From the human T2T-CHM13v2.0 reference genome, Homo sapiens: DNA of 64,000 nucleotides. Location: NCBI RefSeq assembly GCF_009914755.1, contig NC_060933.1; one strand, written 5' to 3'. Position numbers and translations under genes: made by a program. The notes under the pieces are model-generated. The model searched no databases. It saw nothing but the letters and a program-made list of their open reading frames with translations, and was not told where the DNA came from. Shown piece after piece: positions 13,421-26,419 of the stretch (position 1 is its first letter; each line of letters starts with the position of its first letter).

Positions 13421-13754
13421 TTTTCTTTTTTTTTTTTTTCTTTCTTTTTTCTTTTTTTTTTTCTTGAGACGGAGTCTTGCTCTGTCACCCAGGCTGGAGT
13501 GCAGTGGCGATCTCACCTCCTGGGTTCATGCCATTCTCCTGCCTCCTGGGTTCATGCCATTCTCCTGCCTCAGCCTCCTGAGTAGCTGGGACTACAGGTG
13601 CCCACTGCCACGCCCGGCTAATTTTTTGTATTTTTTAGTAGAGACGGGGTTTCACCGTGTTAGCCAGGATGGTCTCAATCTCCTGACCTTGTGATCCGCC
13701 CACCTCGGCCTCCCAAAGTGCTGGGATTACAGGCGTGAGCCACTGCGCCCGGCC
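13421..13754 (-). mobile_element. AluY with internal 26-bp tandem duplication
   Basis: caccgtgttagccaggatggtctc (Y diagnostic); cctcctgggttcatgccattctcctg occurs twice. Confidence 0.95.
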
Positions 13755-14567
13755 TCTTTTCTTAATAATTAATACCTTCATCTCCAGTCAAAACATTTTT
13801 CCTTCATTTGCACTTCCCTAGTCTTTGAAATCTTTCTTTATTTAGCATGCTGTTTGTTGTCCCTCTGCTATTTAATTGTAGGCTTTTTAGGTGTGATTTC
13901 CAGTTCATTTGTATATACGTTTCCTAGCATATAAAGCATTGACGAGGTCTTTAACAACTATCTGCTCGATTGAATTGAATTTAGAATTTACAAATGAATA
14001 CACTATGAGCTACAATACGGAGAAAAGCAGATTTAATTTTCAAGGCATTCTTTTGTCTTTGATTCACTTAGAAAATTTTACTCACATTATTCCTTTCTTG
14101 AAATTCATTAGGTAATAAGTCTATTTTTGAAATAGTCTTTACATTTTTATATATTTTTCTTTTGATGGGGAATACCTCTCTTCTTGTATCTTAAGACCCA
14201 TCTTAAGTTTACGTTCTCTATGAAGCTTTTCCTTACCCCTCTCTGCCTTCCCTTCATTTCCAAGAAAATCGATTTCTTTTGTGCTTCTGGAGCACATTGT
14301 ACAAATTAGTCATTGTCTTTTATTTTTCCCTTTTAAACAAAGAGTGTATGCTGCTTGAGGGCAAGGAGTATAGCACGCTTATTCATCTTTGTATACCAAA
14401 AACCTGAAATCTGATTGCCATTTAAAAATGAATTATTTGAGTAACTGAATGGAAGATTCTGTGGCAAACTGTCTAGGCTGTTGATCTCATTCAGTTTCAT
14501 TGCTTATTTACCAATTAGAACCCAACTTTTCCCTCTGCCATGCCTTGGATTAGAACATAACCCATAG

Positions 14568-14935
<368 letters not shown>

Positions 14936-15506
14936 AATTTTCATTTTTTAAATCAATTTTGTTTTCTGGAAAGGAGATATTTGGACATAGAAAAAAGCAT
15001 ACAGTCCAACGCTTAGTCCAAACAAGTAATCTTTAGAAACCTGGGTTAATGAAAGAAAACAATATGCATATGGGATAAATTATTTGTTTCAAAGAGTGGC
15101 ATCCCTCTTAGAATTTTTTTTTTTTGCTTTTATCTTATATTTTCTAGATGCTAGGCCAAGCCCTAGATTCTACTGCTACATTTTCCTATCTCAAAAAATT
15201 ACTCCTCATTGTCTCCTTTTCTTTCTGTCTCTGTTCTGTGCATAAACTTATGTGCGTTCTAAGGCATATTTTACTTTAGAAACTTTGCAAATTTTCTGCT
15301 ACTTATTAAATATAATCCTACCTACTTTTCGCTATTTATTTGCATCAAACTAAAATGTAATTATTTTGCTTCATATGTGTTATTTGAAAAAGAAACTGCA
15401 CTTCTATGGTTAGCTGTATCTATAGGATTCGTATCAACACAAGAAATTAATATTTTACCAACTAAACAACCATTTTTCATTTGCCACTGATTCGTTTTCT
15501 TCTTAC

Positions 15507-15799
15507 CTGTTTGTGTCCTCCAAAATCATTATGAGAGGAGTCGTAGAAACAAAAGTGAACTGCAAACTGTGTATTTCAGAGCTTCACAAACCCACCTTTC
15601 TATTTTGTCTTGTACTGTTATGTAAAATTTGCTCCAGCATTTTGCTCAGCAAGATGGCAATTATTAACAATATATTTTTCTAAACTGTTGCTGCAAAGCT
15701 ATTATTCATGCAGGGCTACAACCGAGTTAATTTTGGAAGAGAGCTGTTCAAAGAGGCCCAGAGCTGTAGCGCTTATGAACACTGCCTTTTCTCTTATTT
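15507..15799 (-). pseudogene. Whole-domain FN3 exon remnant (293 nt, phase 1 at both ends)
   Basis: attAG|(E)IREKAVFISATALG...SLEKYIVN...KGGF/LKYTVC...WRTQT G|GTAAGA. Confidence 0.6.
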
Positions 15800-16088
15800 C
15801 TAATTAGTGTGAAATGGTTCCAAACAGGAGTCAGCCCCACAGAAGTCTGTGTAGCACAAAGCCAGGCTTGTTAACGGACACAGGAAACAGTTTTGTTTTG
15901 CTGAATAAACAACTGCGTCATAAAAGCTTTTCAAAAGGAACACAATCTGATTTACCACACTCTTTAAATGTTGAATGTTGTTTATATGCCTCTGAGTCCT
16001 TTTTATTAAAATTCGAAAGGCCTACTCTTATGAGTCAATATAGATGATATGTTTGTGATGTTTCCCCGCAGTAGAGCAGTAGACTTAC

Positions 16089-16379
16089 CTAGTAATACAT
16101 TTTCCCTTCGCTTTTCATTTTATAATTTAACTTTTATCTTTTGTTTTGTGTGTTTTTGATGCATGACTGCATCAAAATTTCACACTATACCATTAAAACA
16201 ATTTTGTTATCAATAATTACAATATTGTAAGAAAATCTGTTAATTACTTTACAGGATTTAGCTTGTTTTATCAGTGTTTTCTTCCAATATAAATTCCCCA
16301 CCCATGTTGCTGATAATTGGTTTGTGTAAATACTTAAAATGGTGTAAAGTATAGTTTACTGCAGGAGATCTTCTGATAT
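16089..16379 (-). pseudogene. Two FN3 exon remnants (16379-~16250 and 16166-16089)
   Basis: tgcAG|(D)IRRSPAVNYTLHHFKY...; tgcAG|MHQKHTKQKIKVKL*NEKR...CTAG|GTAAGT. Confidence 0.55.
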
Positions 16380-17036
16380 CTGCATTAGATGAATAAATTG
16401 GACAATTTCATCTAATCTAAATTGTAGCTCAAATTTCTCACTTAGTTTTCACTATTGTCAAACCCAGAGATCTAACTAGTCAAATTTGACTTAATCAAAT
16501 CACACAAATCCTGGTCTTGAATTTGCCCAAGATCACTCAGTAATGATGTGTAAAATTATGCTAAATTTCTGTCTCGTCTTAAGAAATTAAATATGTCTTA
16601 AGTTGTTTGCACCCTTCCAAAATGCCTATTATATTTTAAGTGCCCAGAGTGGGTCCTTAAATAATGTTATCTGAGCAATACTGCTTTCTTCATGCAAAGT
16701 AATATGAAAAGTTAAATCTCCTTTAAATGAAAGTCTTTGAAACATATTTACATGAAGTTATAACCATATTATTATATGACGTTTAACTTCATCATATGGC
16801 ATATCATTTATTGTGCTCTCAGATACGGATCTGATAGTAATGGCATATAATTTATTGTTGTACTATCAGATACAAGGACATTTCAGATGCAGAGATTAGA
16901 GAATACTTGAAAGATTATAAAATCATAATCCCTATTGCCTTGATGTTGCAATTTTGCATTTATATTTAAGCAGGAATGATAAAATTTAACTCTAAATGTG
17001 TTTTTTATTCTGAAATCTGTGAAAGAAATTACTTAC

Positions 17037-17087
17037 CCCATGAAACACTAACTGCTGTGGAGAGTAAGGCTCACTGAAGTGGTGTAG
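17037..17087 (-). pseudogene. FN3 N-terminal exon remnant
   Basis: Pyrimidine tract, then LLSTAVSVSW G|GTAAGT; joins in phase 1 to the next exon to give VSVSWDIRRSPAVNYTL. Confidence 0.65.
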
Positions 17088-18758
17088 ATAAAAGAAAAAA
17101 AATACCCAAGAAAACGTTAATTTCTATGGCCAGATGAAAATGAACATTCAGAAACTCATGAGCAGGTTTAATACGTTTTGCTCTACTCTGCTTTAACTTA
17201 TGTGATCCTTAACTCTAAAATATGTTCTTTTTCTGTCTGCTAGCATTACCATAACCTTTTCCTTTCTGCATAGTCACAAAAACTAGAGAAATGTTTTAAG
17301 GAGATAGGTAGATAGAAGATAGGCAGGTAGACTGCTATAAATAATTAGAGATACATTTTAAGAATATATACACACACATGCATATACACACATACAAACA
17401 TGCACAAACACACATACGTTATATATAATAAATTTGGAATATGGTTTAACATTAATTTGTAATAATTATTTACCCTAGTAATCTTGAAATACAGTTTTTT
17501 ATTCCTGTTTTTCAGCTGTATATACTGAAGAAAGAAATCAAATGTTGCTTAAAGAGCAGAGTATCCTCAAAAACATGACCTGAGAGTTTTTCACCTTTCA
17601 TGTTGATTTTATAGTTATTTCCCTCAGCAAAATTTCCTCACTTCCTGCAGTGTTTTGTTTCTCTGTCTCTGGATTCTCAGTAATGTCAACACTCCACTCA
17701 GATCTACAAAAGAATGTCCACCTATTAAAATGTGTCACGTTAATGATGGGCAGATCAATTCTTTTTTAAAAAAATACTTGAATTAAAAACTTTAATGTAA
17801 ACAGAAACTACTAAAGAGAAACAATACATTTTTCCCAAATCTTAAGGTTTTTCTGTATTTGCTTAACCCTAGCCTCTCAACTTATTTCAGGTAAAAATAA
17901 CCCATATTCTAACCTAACTCTGACTTCATTTGCAGTTAGTTCTTTCATGTTTTGCATTCATAAACATTTATGTATGTATATTTGGCATTCATGAACATAC
18001 ACAAATATGCATATATTATGTATATTTGTATATATATGTATATTTGTGTGTATATATTCATGAATGAGAAAGCAAGAAAATTAACAGAAATTTTACCTAT
18101 ATATATATATGTATTGGCTGGGCTAGAAGATTTTTTTGTTTTTAAATTTTTTAGTTGTCTGACCTCTTTTGGAGTTTTCTCATTGCTTAATTACTAAAAT
18201 CAATATGTTAGGGGAGAAAGAAACAAAGAAGATCCAGTTTAGATCAAACATGTCTTATTAAAACCCTGAAAGTGGAGCAAATTAATAAGCCAGGGTTGCA
18301 GCTATACAACCATACAGAACAGAAAAATAAGGTCTTCTTTCTACTGTATGATTTCATTTTCAGCAGTATATTGAAGCTTAGCTCTTGACACTGCATGATT
18401 AATGTGTAGAACATCTTTCTTTTTATTAACACAGGTAACACACAGATTTTTGAAATATACCAATGTACTAAAGCTGATATTAGACATAAATGTGCACAAT
18501 CTAGTGATAATCTGGAAAAATCATTAAAGGAGCAAGTAATTTGTTACTGCTTGTACAGCATTGAGATACTCCTGGAGCTCACTTTCTAGTAATGTGAAAG
18601 TGTTAATTCATTTAAATTCCACATTAAAAGGGCAATCTTAGGTGAAAGTCAAGCACCACATATCTTTAACATTGTCACAGTGGAGAGGTCATAGATGAAA
18701 GAGATACAGTGAGAATTCACCACCTAATGCTCCTCCCTGTACCATAGGATTCCCTTAC

Positions 18759-18885
18759 CTGTAGTTAGCCTAATTAAACCGGATAGGGGACTGTTCTTAA
18801 TTGGTTCCCTGCTCTATTAAGTAACGCAGATTTTTTTTTCCTAGTTGTATAAGGTATCTTTTCTCTTTGGTCATACTCTGTATAC
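18759..18885 (-). pseudogene. FN3 C-terminal exon remnant
   Basis: tttccAG|...ACAG|GTAAGG; TKEKRYLIQLGKKNLRYL/RAGNQL/SGLIRLTT. Confidence 0.65.
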
Positions 18886-19449
18886 CTGGAAATTATGCAT
18901 TTCTGCAGTTCCATGGGTTTTTTTAAATTCACTTCCCTTGAAATTAATGAATATTTTCATTAGTTGTATTTCACGTTAAACAATGTCTCAAAATCACATA
19001 ACTTAGATGAAATTTAAATTTATACATAATTTATCTGAGAACATTGTTTGGATTATTTAATTTCCAGATTGTTTTGTTGTTAGCTTTTAAAAATGGCAAT
19101 GATACTATTGGAGTGTTAATGTTTAAATGCTTGCTTTCGCCATTTATTGTGCTAAGCTTTTCCTTATCAGTTTCCTCAATTGGTTAACCCACTATTTCTG
19201 ATGGTAGACAATACCATACACATTTTATACCTGAGACATCCAAGATCCACTGAAATTAGATATACAATGTTTTAATCTGGGCCTATGGAACTTCATGGAA
19301 TCTCTCTGGCACCATGTTGCTTACATAAAACAAACTGTTAAAATACGTTTCCCCAAAAGTCAAGCCAAAGATCCATCCTGAACCAAATACCAGTTGTTAA
19401 TGAATACAAAAAAAGTTTTAAATTTATAATTTGTCATTGTTTATCACAT

Positions 19450-20334
19450 TGTATTTATTTATTTATTTATTTTAGAGATAGAGTCTCACCCTGTGGCCCA
19501 GGCTGGAGTGCAGTGACACGATCATAGCTCACTACAGCCTTAAACTCCTGGGCTCAAATGATCCACTTGGCTCAGTCTCCTGAGTAGCTAGGACTACAGG
19601 TGCACAACATCACGTGCAGCTAATTTTCTTATTTATTTTTATTTTGTATTTTATTTTTTTATTATACTTTAAGTTTTAGGGTACATGTGCACAATGTGCA
19701 GGTTAGTTACATATGTATACATGTGCCATGCTGGTGTGCTGCACCCACTAACTCGTCATCTAGCATTAGGTATATCTCCCAATGCTATCCCTCCCCCCTC
19801 CCCTCACCCCACAACAGTCCCCAGAGTGTGATGTTCCCCTTCCTGTGTCCATATGTTCTCATTGTTCAATTCCCACCTATGAGTGAGAATATGCAGTGTT
19901 TGGTTTTTTGTTCTTGCGATAGTTTACTGAGAATGATGGTTTCCAGCTTCATCCATGTCCCTACAAAGGACATGAACTCATCATTTTTTATGGCTGCATA
20001 GTATTCCACGGTGTATATGTGCCACATTTTCTTAATCCAGTCTATTATTGTTGGACATTTGGGTTGGTTCCAAGTCTTTGCTATTGTGAATAGTGCCGCA
20101 ATAAATATACGTGTGCATGTGTCTTTATAGCATCATGATTTATAGTCCTTTGGGTATATACCCAGTAATGGGATGGCTGGGTCAAATCATATTTCTAGTT
20201 CAAGATCCCTGAGGAATCACCACACTGACTTCCACAACAGGGGTCTTGCCATGTTGCTGAGGACCTCAAGCTATTCTTCCACCTTGGCCTCCTAAAGTTC
20301 TGGGATTACAGATGTGAGCCACTGCACGCAGCCT
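19450..20334 (-). mobile_element. AluJ split by an L1 insertion (19450-19630 and 20239-20334)
   Basis: Right-arm sequence lies before the L1 and left-arm sequence after it. Confidence 0.9.
19631..20238 (-). mobile_element. Young 5'-truncated L1PA (PA2-4-like) 3' end
   Basis: ttattatactttaagttttagggtacatgtgcac...catctagcattaggtatatctcccaatgctatcc. Confidence 0.95.
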
Positions 20335-20564
20335 GTTTATCACACTTTTAAGAGATTATGCACATTAACTCATTTGTTTCATATATGTCATTGTTTGAGG
20401 GAATTTAGTTTATGTTGCTTTCATTAGAAACTGAGGTTGTTGTGTTATTTTGCTCTTTTTATTTTTTATTTTTCTACTTTTGTTTGTCTACTTTTGGTAG
20501 CCCAAAGACTCTTGATGATCTGGCCTGTAACAAAATACTCTGATAATTTGGCCTTCAATATACT

Positions 20565-20725
20565 TCTCTCTCTCTCTCCCCTTTCCTTTGCTCTTGCTCC
20601 TCGTCTTCCTTCTCTCCCTTCTCTCCCTCCCTCCCTGCTTGCTTCCTTCCTTCCTTTCTTTCTTCCTTCCTCCCTCCCTCCCTCCCTCCTTCCTTCCTTC
20701 CTTCCTCCTTCCTTCCATCCATCTA
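20565..20725 (+). repeat. CT-rich / (CTTC)n-(CCCT)n simple repeat
   Basis: Read directly from the sequence. Confidence 0.9.
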
Positions 20726-21168
20726 TCAAGTCAAAGACAATTATTACTGGAAAATCTATAGTGATGATCCAATCCAATTCCCTGCTTCAGGTAGTAGGTG
20801 AAATTTTTTATTGGGACTGAAACTAGAACCTGAATCTTCTGATTCTGGGGCAAGTACTCAATCTACCTAACGTGTTTTGTTCTGTATTTTTGTTTGCTTT
20901 GCTTTGGTTATTGCAGTTGTTTGTTCTGTTTTATTTATTTTTCAGAGCACAGAGATTATCTTTTAAAGATCAATTTATGTAGAACTGACAGTTGGCATAG
21001 ATCGTAAACTGTCCTTTCATGTAAGTCCAATTCTTCTAGTCTCTCAGACTCTAAAGAAATTGCTGTATTTTAATATCATTATGTGCCTTGGGAAAATATT
21101 CAGCTCTATGTATATACTACAGAACTTAAAGTCAAACTAGTAACATTAATCAATAATTTCTCTCTTAC

Positions 21169-21239
21169 CTTTACAGAATGGCGATCCATTTGTTCTCAAA
21201 TGCGCTGACATTTTGTCATATGGAACATTTTCATTTTGG
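21169..21239 (-). pseudogene. FN3 middle exon remnant (71 nt)
   Basis: cttattttgtAG|...AAAG|GTAAGA; one open frame QNENVPYDKMSAHLRTNGSPFCK; phase-1 join to the 18885 exon. Confidence 0.6.
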
Positions 21240-22205
21240 CTACAAAATAAGTGGAAATTTTAGTTTGCAGCAATAAGCTTCCATCTCCCATTATTAAAAA
21301 GATTATTTTATAGTTGCATGCATCTTTATTCTTTTATATATATATAGTATAGGATCAAAATTTATAAATGATGTGATGAATAGTACTGTTGCCTGGCTTA
21401 GGTAGCTATGGTACTGATGTGATAAATGATACAGCAAAAATAAAAAGCAAATTCAGGATTCAGTTCACTTTCCACATTTCTTCACTAACTTAAAAAAGTT
21501 AGAACACACGGCTTTCAAATAATTTTTCAATCTATTGATAGTGCAACGATGTTATATATTATTATTGATGACTACCACTACAAACAGAAACAAAATACCT
21601 TGATTGGTAGTTAAGCAAAAGAAGAGTATTAAATCTCATTATATTGTAAAAGTAATGAATAAAATTTTGGAGATGCTGGAAAAGAATAGATTTACCTATG
21701 TTGCACTTTATTTTTAAAGGTCATATTTTTAAAAGTCCATTCTATGCCTTCAAATTTGAAGTCGTCAGCTAATATGCTATTATTTACAAAAGATGTGCAA
21801 AACACTTTTGACAATAGAAAGGTTTAATATAGTTGTTGCTCATCAGGGTCTATTGGTTTCAATATCTGATATTCTGGATAAATCGAATATTTCTAAAAGC
21901 TCTTTTTCATTGTATTGTTTGCATTTCTGAAGCAGCTCATTATGATATACATCACAGGTTTTTATTGTTTATAATTAGAAAACAAAACTCCACTAACATA
22001 ATTACTTTATTTTGCTTCCAAAGTATTATTTTTAAATCTCAGAACCCTATTTTCCTAAAAAATATTGGCACAAGTAATTAGAAGTGAAGATATAAACTTA
22101 ATCCCTGCAATCGGACCCATTAACCACCACAAATATTGTCTTATTTAAGCTGATCTTGGTAAACCGGTTGCCTGTTATACCCACTTGCTGTTTCTTTAGG
22201 CTAAC

Positions 22206-22284
22206 CTATGTGGCAACAAGTATATTTGGGAAACGAGTTTTCATCAAAAACAAGAAACTGTTTATCTTGGAAATACCATTCTCC
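22206..22284 (-). pseudogene. Exon remnant (79 nt), probable FN3 start
   Basis: catctttAG|...ATAG|GTTAG; reading frame ambiguous. Confidence 0.4.
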
Positions 22285-23930
22285 CTAAAGATGTAGGCAT
22301 CAAGAAGAAAACACAACTGAATTGTTTAACGTCATTGTGTGGGATATGGTGAGGAAACTACTTCCATTTGTCTTTGAGGTCAGATTGACAAGTAGCATTT
22401 CACTTTCAATTAGTGAAAAAAGGAAGTAAGACAAAGCTTCCAAAAGTCAACTAATGGCCAAATATTGAGAATGATTGGAGCATTACTTAGCAATATGATG
22501 TAAAAAAATATGATGATAATTATAACCGATATTTGAGTGCCTACATGCACCAGGCACTTCATATTAAGTGTTTTATTTGATTTTCCATACTGATTTCTTA
22601 AATCTATGAGGTAAGTACATTACTATAGTTTCCACAGGAAGAAATTATGGTTCAAAATTTGGATAGCTATTTCAATATCCATTCCTTTTGGATATTGGAC
22701 ATCTTTATTTTTTAAGCATAACTTTATAATTATGCTCACAGTACATAAGCCCACATCAATTAATATCTATTAAGTACCACAAACACTAAGTTAGTACTTA
22801 ATATGTGCTAAGAAATGTGCTGAATCAATTCTTTAAAATCTTTAGTCAGAGAAGTTTTGTTATTGCTAGATGAAGAAAATGCAATCACCACCTGTTAGGA
22901 GGCTTGGTTTTTCCAGAGAGTTGCTAAAGTCTCAGAAAGTCTGTAATTTTACCTTGACATTTACTTTATTAACCAGAATACGGGTGCTTATTTGGTCAAA
23001 TATTTTGTAAATAAAAAGTGAAATGAATAAAGATTGCCTGTTTTAATATAAAATATAATACATACTTTGTTCAAAAGATATGTAACCGGAAAATCACTAA
23101 AAGTAAATTGCAAATTTGGACAAAACAGAGCATGTACTTTGTTTTCTAGACACCATGTTACCTGCTCCCTCTAATAAAAATAACACAAAAAATAGGTGGC
23201 AGAATATAAAACATAATTTTAAAAAAGAATCAACTAATGAAAAAACTCTGCTTTGTTAGGAAAATTTACTTCTGATACAATTTAAGCATAAAATTCAATG
23301 GCACTAAAAATTCAAGTTAAGTGTAAAGTGTAAACACAAATTTGATGCTGGATAAACATCGTGTCAAATCAACTTAAAACTAGGAAGGGAATTATTAACA
23401 TGATTTTAAATAGTCATCTAAATGGTTATTTGCCAATTATATTTTATTCAGTTTTAAATGCCTTAATGCCAGATGTGAATTAAGGAAGACTTTTTTTTGT
23501 GATGTTATTTGCTTGATTATTTGTTTTTGACCTGGTCAAGACTCTCAGACCTCCCAATAAACTGTTAGTTAAAGGTTAATTTCTATTGTGCCAATAGGGA
23601 AAAATAGAAAGAGAAGGGATGTAACTTCTGAGTCATGAGTTACTAAGCTGCAGAATGTGATTTCAGAGAAATAAAAAATTGAAGGGACTCCAGGAGGTTC
23701 AACCTTGTCTCTAATATATATATGTTTGCCATGGGTTGCTAATTTGCAATAGCTGTCATAATGAGAATAGCCAAAGTTGGATAAATGTGACAAAAGATTA
23801 ACAAAGTGTTTCACACCCTTAAATTATACCACATCAAGAATGAGGAAAAAGCGTTGCCAAAGGAAACTACTGCAATGCTACTTGCATTCTTGCAATAAAT
23901 CCAGCATAGCATCCAAATTAAGAGAGTTAC

Positions 23931-24802
23931 CATCTGACTTCTAACTTTTTCCCCTTAAGAACAATTTGAATCTCTGGCATCCACCTCGTCGGTACTTTAA
24001 AACCTGTATTTCCCACCCAAAGTCCAATTAGTCTCCGGTTGATGAGTACTCTGATATTGCTTTCTCTTGTCCATATTTCTTGGTTTGGGATTATTCTAGA
24101 TCAATAGGAGGGTAAACTATCAGTACCAAGTTTGTTCTAGATGAAACAGATCAGGATAACCTTCCATCCAAATACTGTGTTGATGTCACAGGGGGAAACA
24201 GTTGAGCTAATTGCGCACCATAATCTGAAGTTACATTGCAAGTGTCAGGTGTTAGACTGCAGTGAATTGGTTATACCACAGGGAACGTTATTGCAAGAGA
24301 TTTGGAGGACACTAAAATAGATTAATGTTACACATCTCCCTCAAAAATAAGAACACATTTAACTCTTTATTTTAAAAAAACATTATGGCAAAATAAAATG
24401 AAACCATTTAATGGCATATTTTCTGAAGGGATTACTTTTTACATTAGTGTAGGGTGAAAATCACTTAATGTACTTGATCTCTAGTGTCCCTTTCACCTTT
24501 TCCTCCCTTGAGAACTCTTTTTCCCCCTTCTCCCCTGCACTTCTTTAATTTACAATATCGCTGTATGTGCAGTTCTTAAGAAATGAAGCAAGAGACTGTA
24601 ACAGGGGAGAGAAGAAATCTAACAGCTAAACAGGTGTACATGGAAAATAAATAAAAAATTGAAAAATTGGGCCTCTTGGGTGTTATAAAAGGAACATTTG
24701 CTGAATAACTACTTTGGTAGCCCTTGTGCCCTGTGAATTATCATTCTGATTTACCCAATCACACTGTCTAGCAAACTCAAATTGCTTAACACTCTAATTA
24801 TT
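23931..24802 (-). pseudogene. FN3 exon remnants (24802-24755 and 24311-23931)
   Basis: catacAG|IIRVLSNLSLLDSVI GG|GTAAAT joins in phase 2 to ttttAG|T VLQISCNNVPCGITN (W>C); later CNVTSDYGAQLAQLFP and LIGL/GKYRF; ends GATG|GTAACT. Confidence 0.6.
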
Positions 24803-24887
24803 CTGTATGCGACATGAAAGGAGAGCAATTTCTTACTGGCCAATTATTATAGAAAATACGTGGTTCTATTTTTATTTGTTTTTAATG

Positions 24888-25716
24888 TTGAATGATAAAA
24901 AAGCAATATATTAGATAAGATGGCAAATTAAAAAGACTTTTTGTGTAAATACTGTATTATATTTGTTTATATTGCTTTGGTTTCCCTCTATAATGGAGGA
25001 CATATTCAGGCTTAAAGAATACCTGATTCATGTATTTTTAATGGTACCAAATATGGTATCAAATAATTAAATGCAGTATGACAATTGCTTAAAAGTTAAC
25101 TGATTATTATTTAGATAATAATAATCAGCATAGTATTGTCCTCTTTATTCAGTTACTAAAGATTTATTGAACACCTGCTACGTGTATCCCTGCCTACTAT
25201 GACTGTGCCAGTTAGGGTCCCAGACATTTGGAAATGTATACAGTATTTTAGACCAGTCATTTTATATAATGTGTTCTCCATATAATGTACCATTTTTTCC
25301 CCTAGCATCCTATACTATCATTTCAGTATTCACTTTCTAAACACATGAGGCTTGTATAGTTAAACCAAGGTAAAATTTAACAATATGCAATTTTGTTTCA
25401 GAGTTACTGCCAAATTTTGTGCTAAGTGCATTCTATCTTTTACTTATCATGAAAATCTCATTAGTTATCTACTATTATTATGCCCAATTTAGAGATAATG
25501 AGATAGAATTCATTTAAGTAACTTGCCTAATGTCACATTACTAGTATGTGTATTCAAACTTAACCAACTTCAAAGAATAATCTGTTGACCATGATTTTAT
25601 ATATGATCTAGATGTCAAGTTCATTGACTTTTTATATATAAACAAATATAATACAGTATTTACACAAAAAGACTTCTTAATTTGCCAACTTATCTGTTAC
25701 TTTTTTTATCCTTCAA
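24888..25716. repeat. Long inverted repeat, ~80-85 bp arms with ~660 bp spacer
   Basis: 24938-24972 is the exact reverse complement of 25636-25670 (35 nt); similarity extends about 50 nt further outward. Confidence 0.9.
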
Positions 25717-25871
25717 AATTTTCAAGAGAAAAGGGATAAAATAAAATAATCTTATAATTTTTTTCTTTAAATATGATTCTTTTCCATAAATTTCCTAAGA
25801 AGATAATCACTATGGATAGCAAAACTCACAACCAAATGACCTACGCATCAAATTCATTTCAGAGTATTTAC

Positions 25872-26073
25872 TTAGCTATTTAATTATATGGAGTTATGTT
25901 GCTTGTTTTCCTTTAAATAATTCAACTTCCCTTCTCCAGCAGGTTGTTTTATTTTTATTTGGTTTCTTTACTTTTTCTCTATTCATAATAGAGTCTACAG
26001 TGAATTGGGTCATTACAGTAATACCAATGCCCTGAACACTTTTTTTTTTTAACTGTCCTTTAATCTTATGGAT
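25872..26073 (-). pseudogene. FN3 exon remnant
   Basis: ttttgccAG|...WYYCNDPIHCRLYY.../KLNYLKENKQHN. Confidence 0.4.
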
Positions 26074-26419
26074 CTGGCAAAACTTAATTAGAAAATGAGC
26101 CTCACTGTCCATTTTCCCAGCTTGCATGAAACAGCCTAGAATTGTCTGTGGGGAGTCTCAAAATACATTAGGCATGTATTCCTAATCACTAATCTCAAAT
26201 ATGCTATAATTACTGTCAATTCTACTGCCTTTCTGTGATCAACACATATTCCAAATTTTCCCAACTATTTCAAATTCTGTGTTCTTAAATATCTTGCTTT
26301 TTTTTTTTAAAGAAACACCTTATTCATGCTCACTCTAGGCCAGACACTCTGATATATCATTTAACTCTCATAATCACTTTGAAACATTTACTCTGAAATG
26401 TTTCAGAGCTTCTTAACCC

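Noticed and set aside
16796-16873. Short imperfect tandem duplication (atggcatat.atttattgt..tcagatac)
   Set aside because: Ordinary local slippage with only two copies.
20437-20820. Overlapping Pro/Ser-rich and Arg/Glu/Gly-rich ORFs
   Set aside because: Translations of a CT-rich simple repeat.
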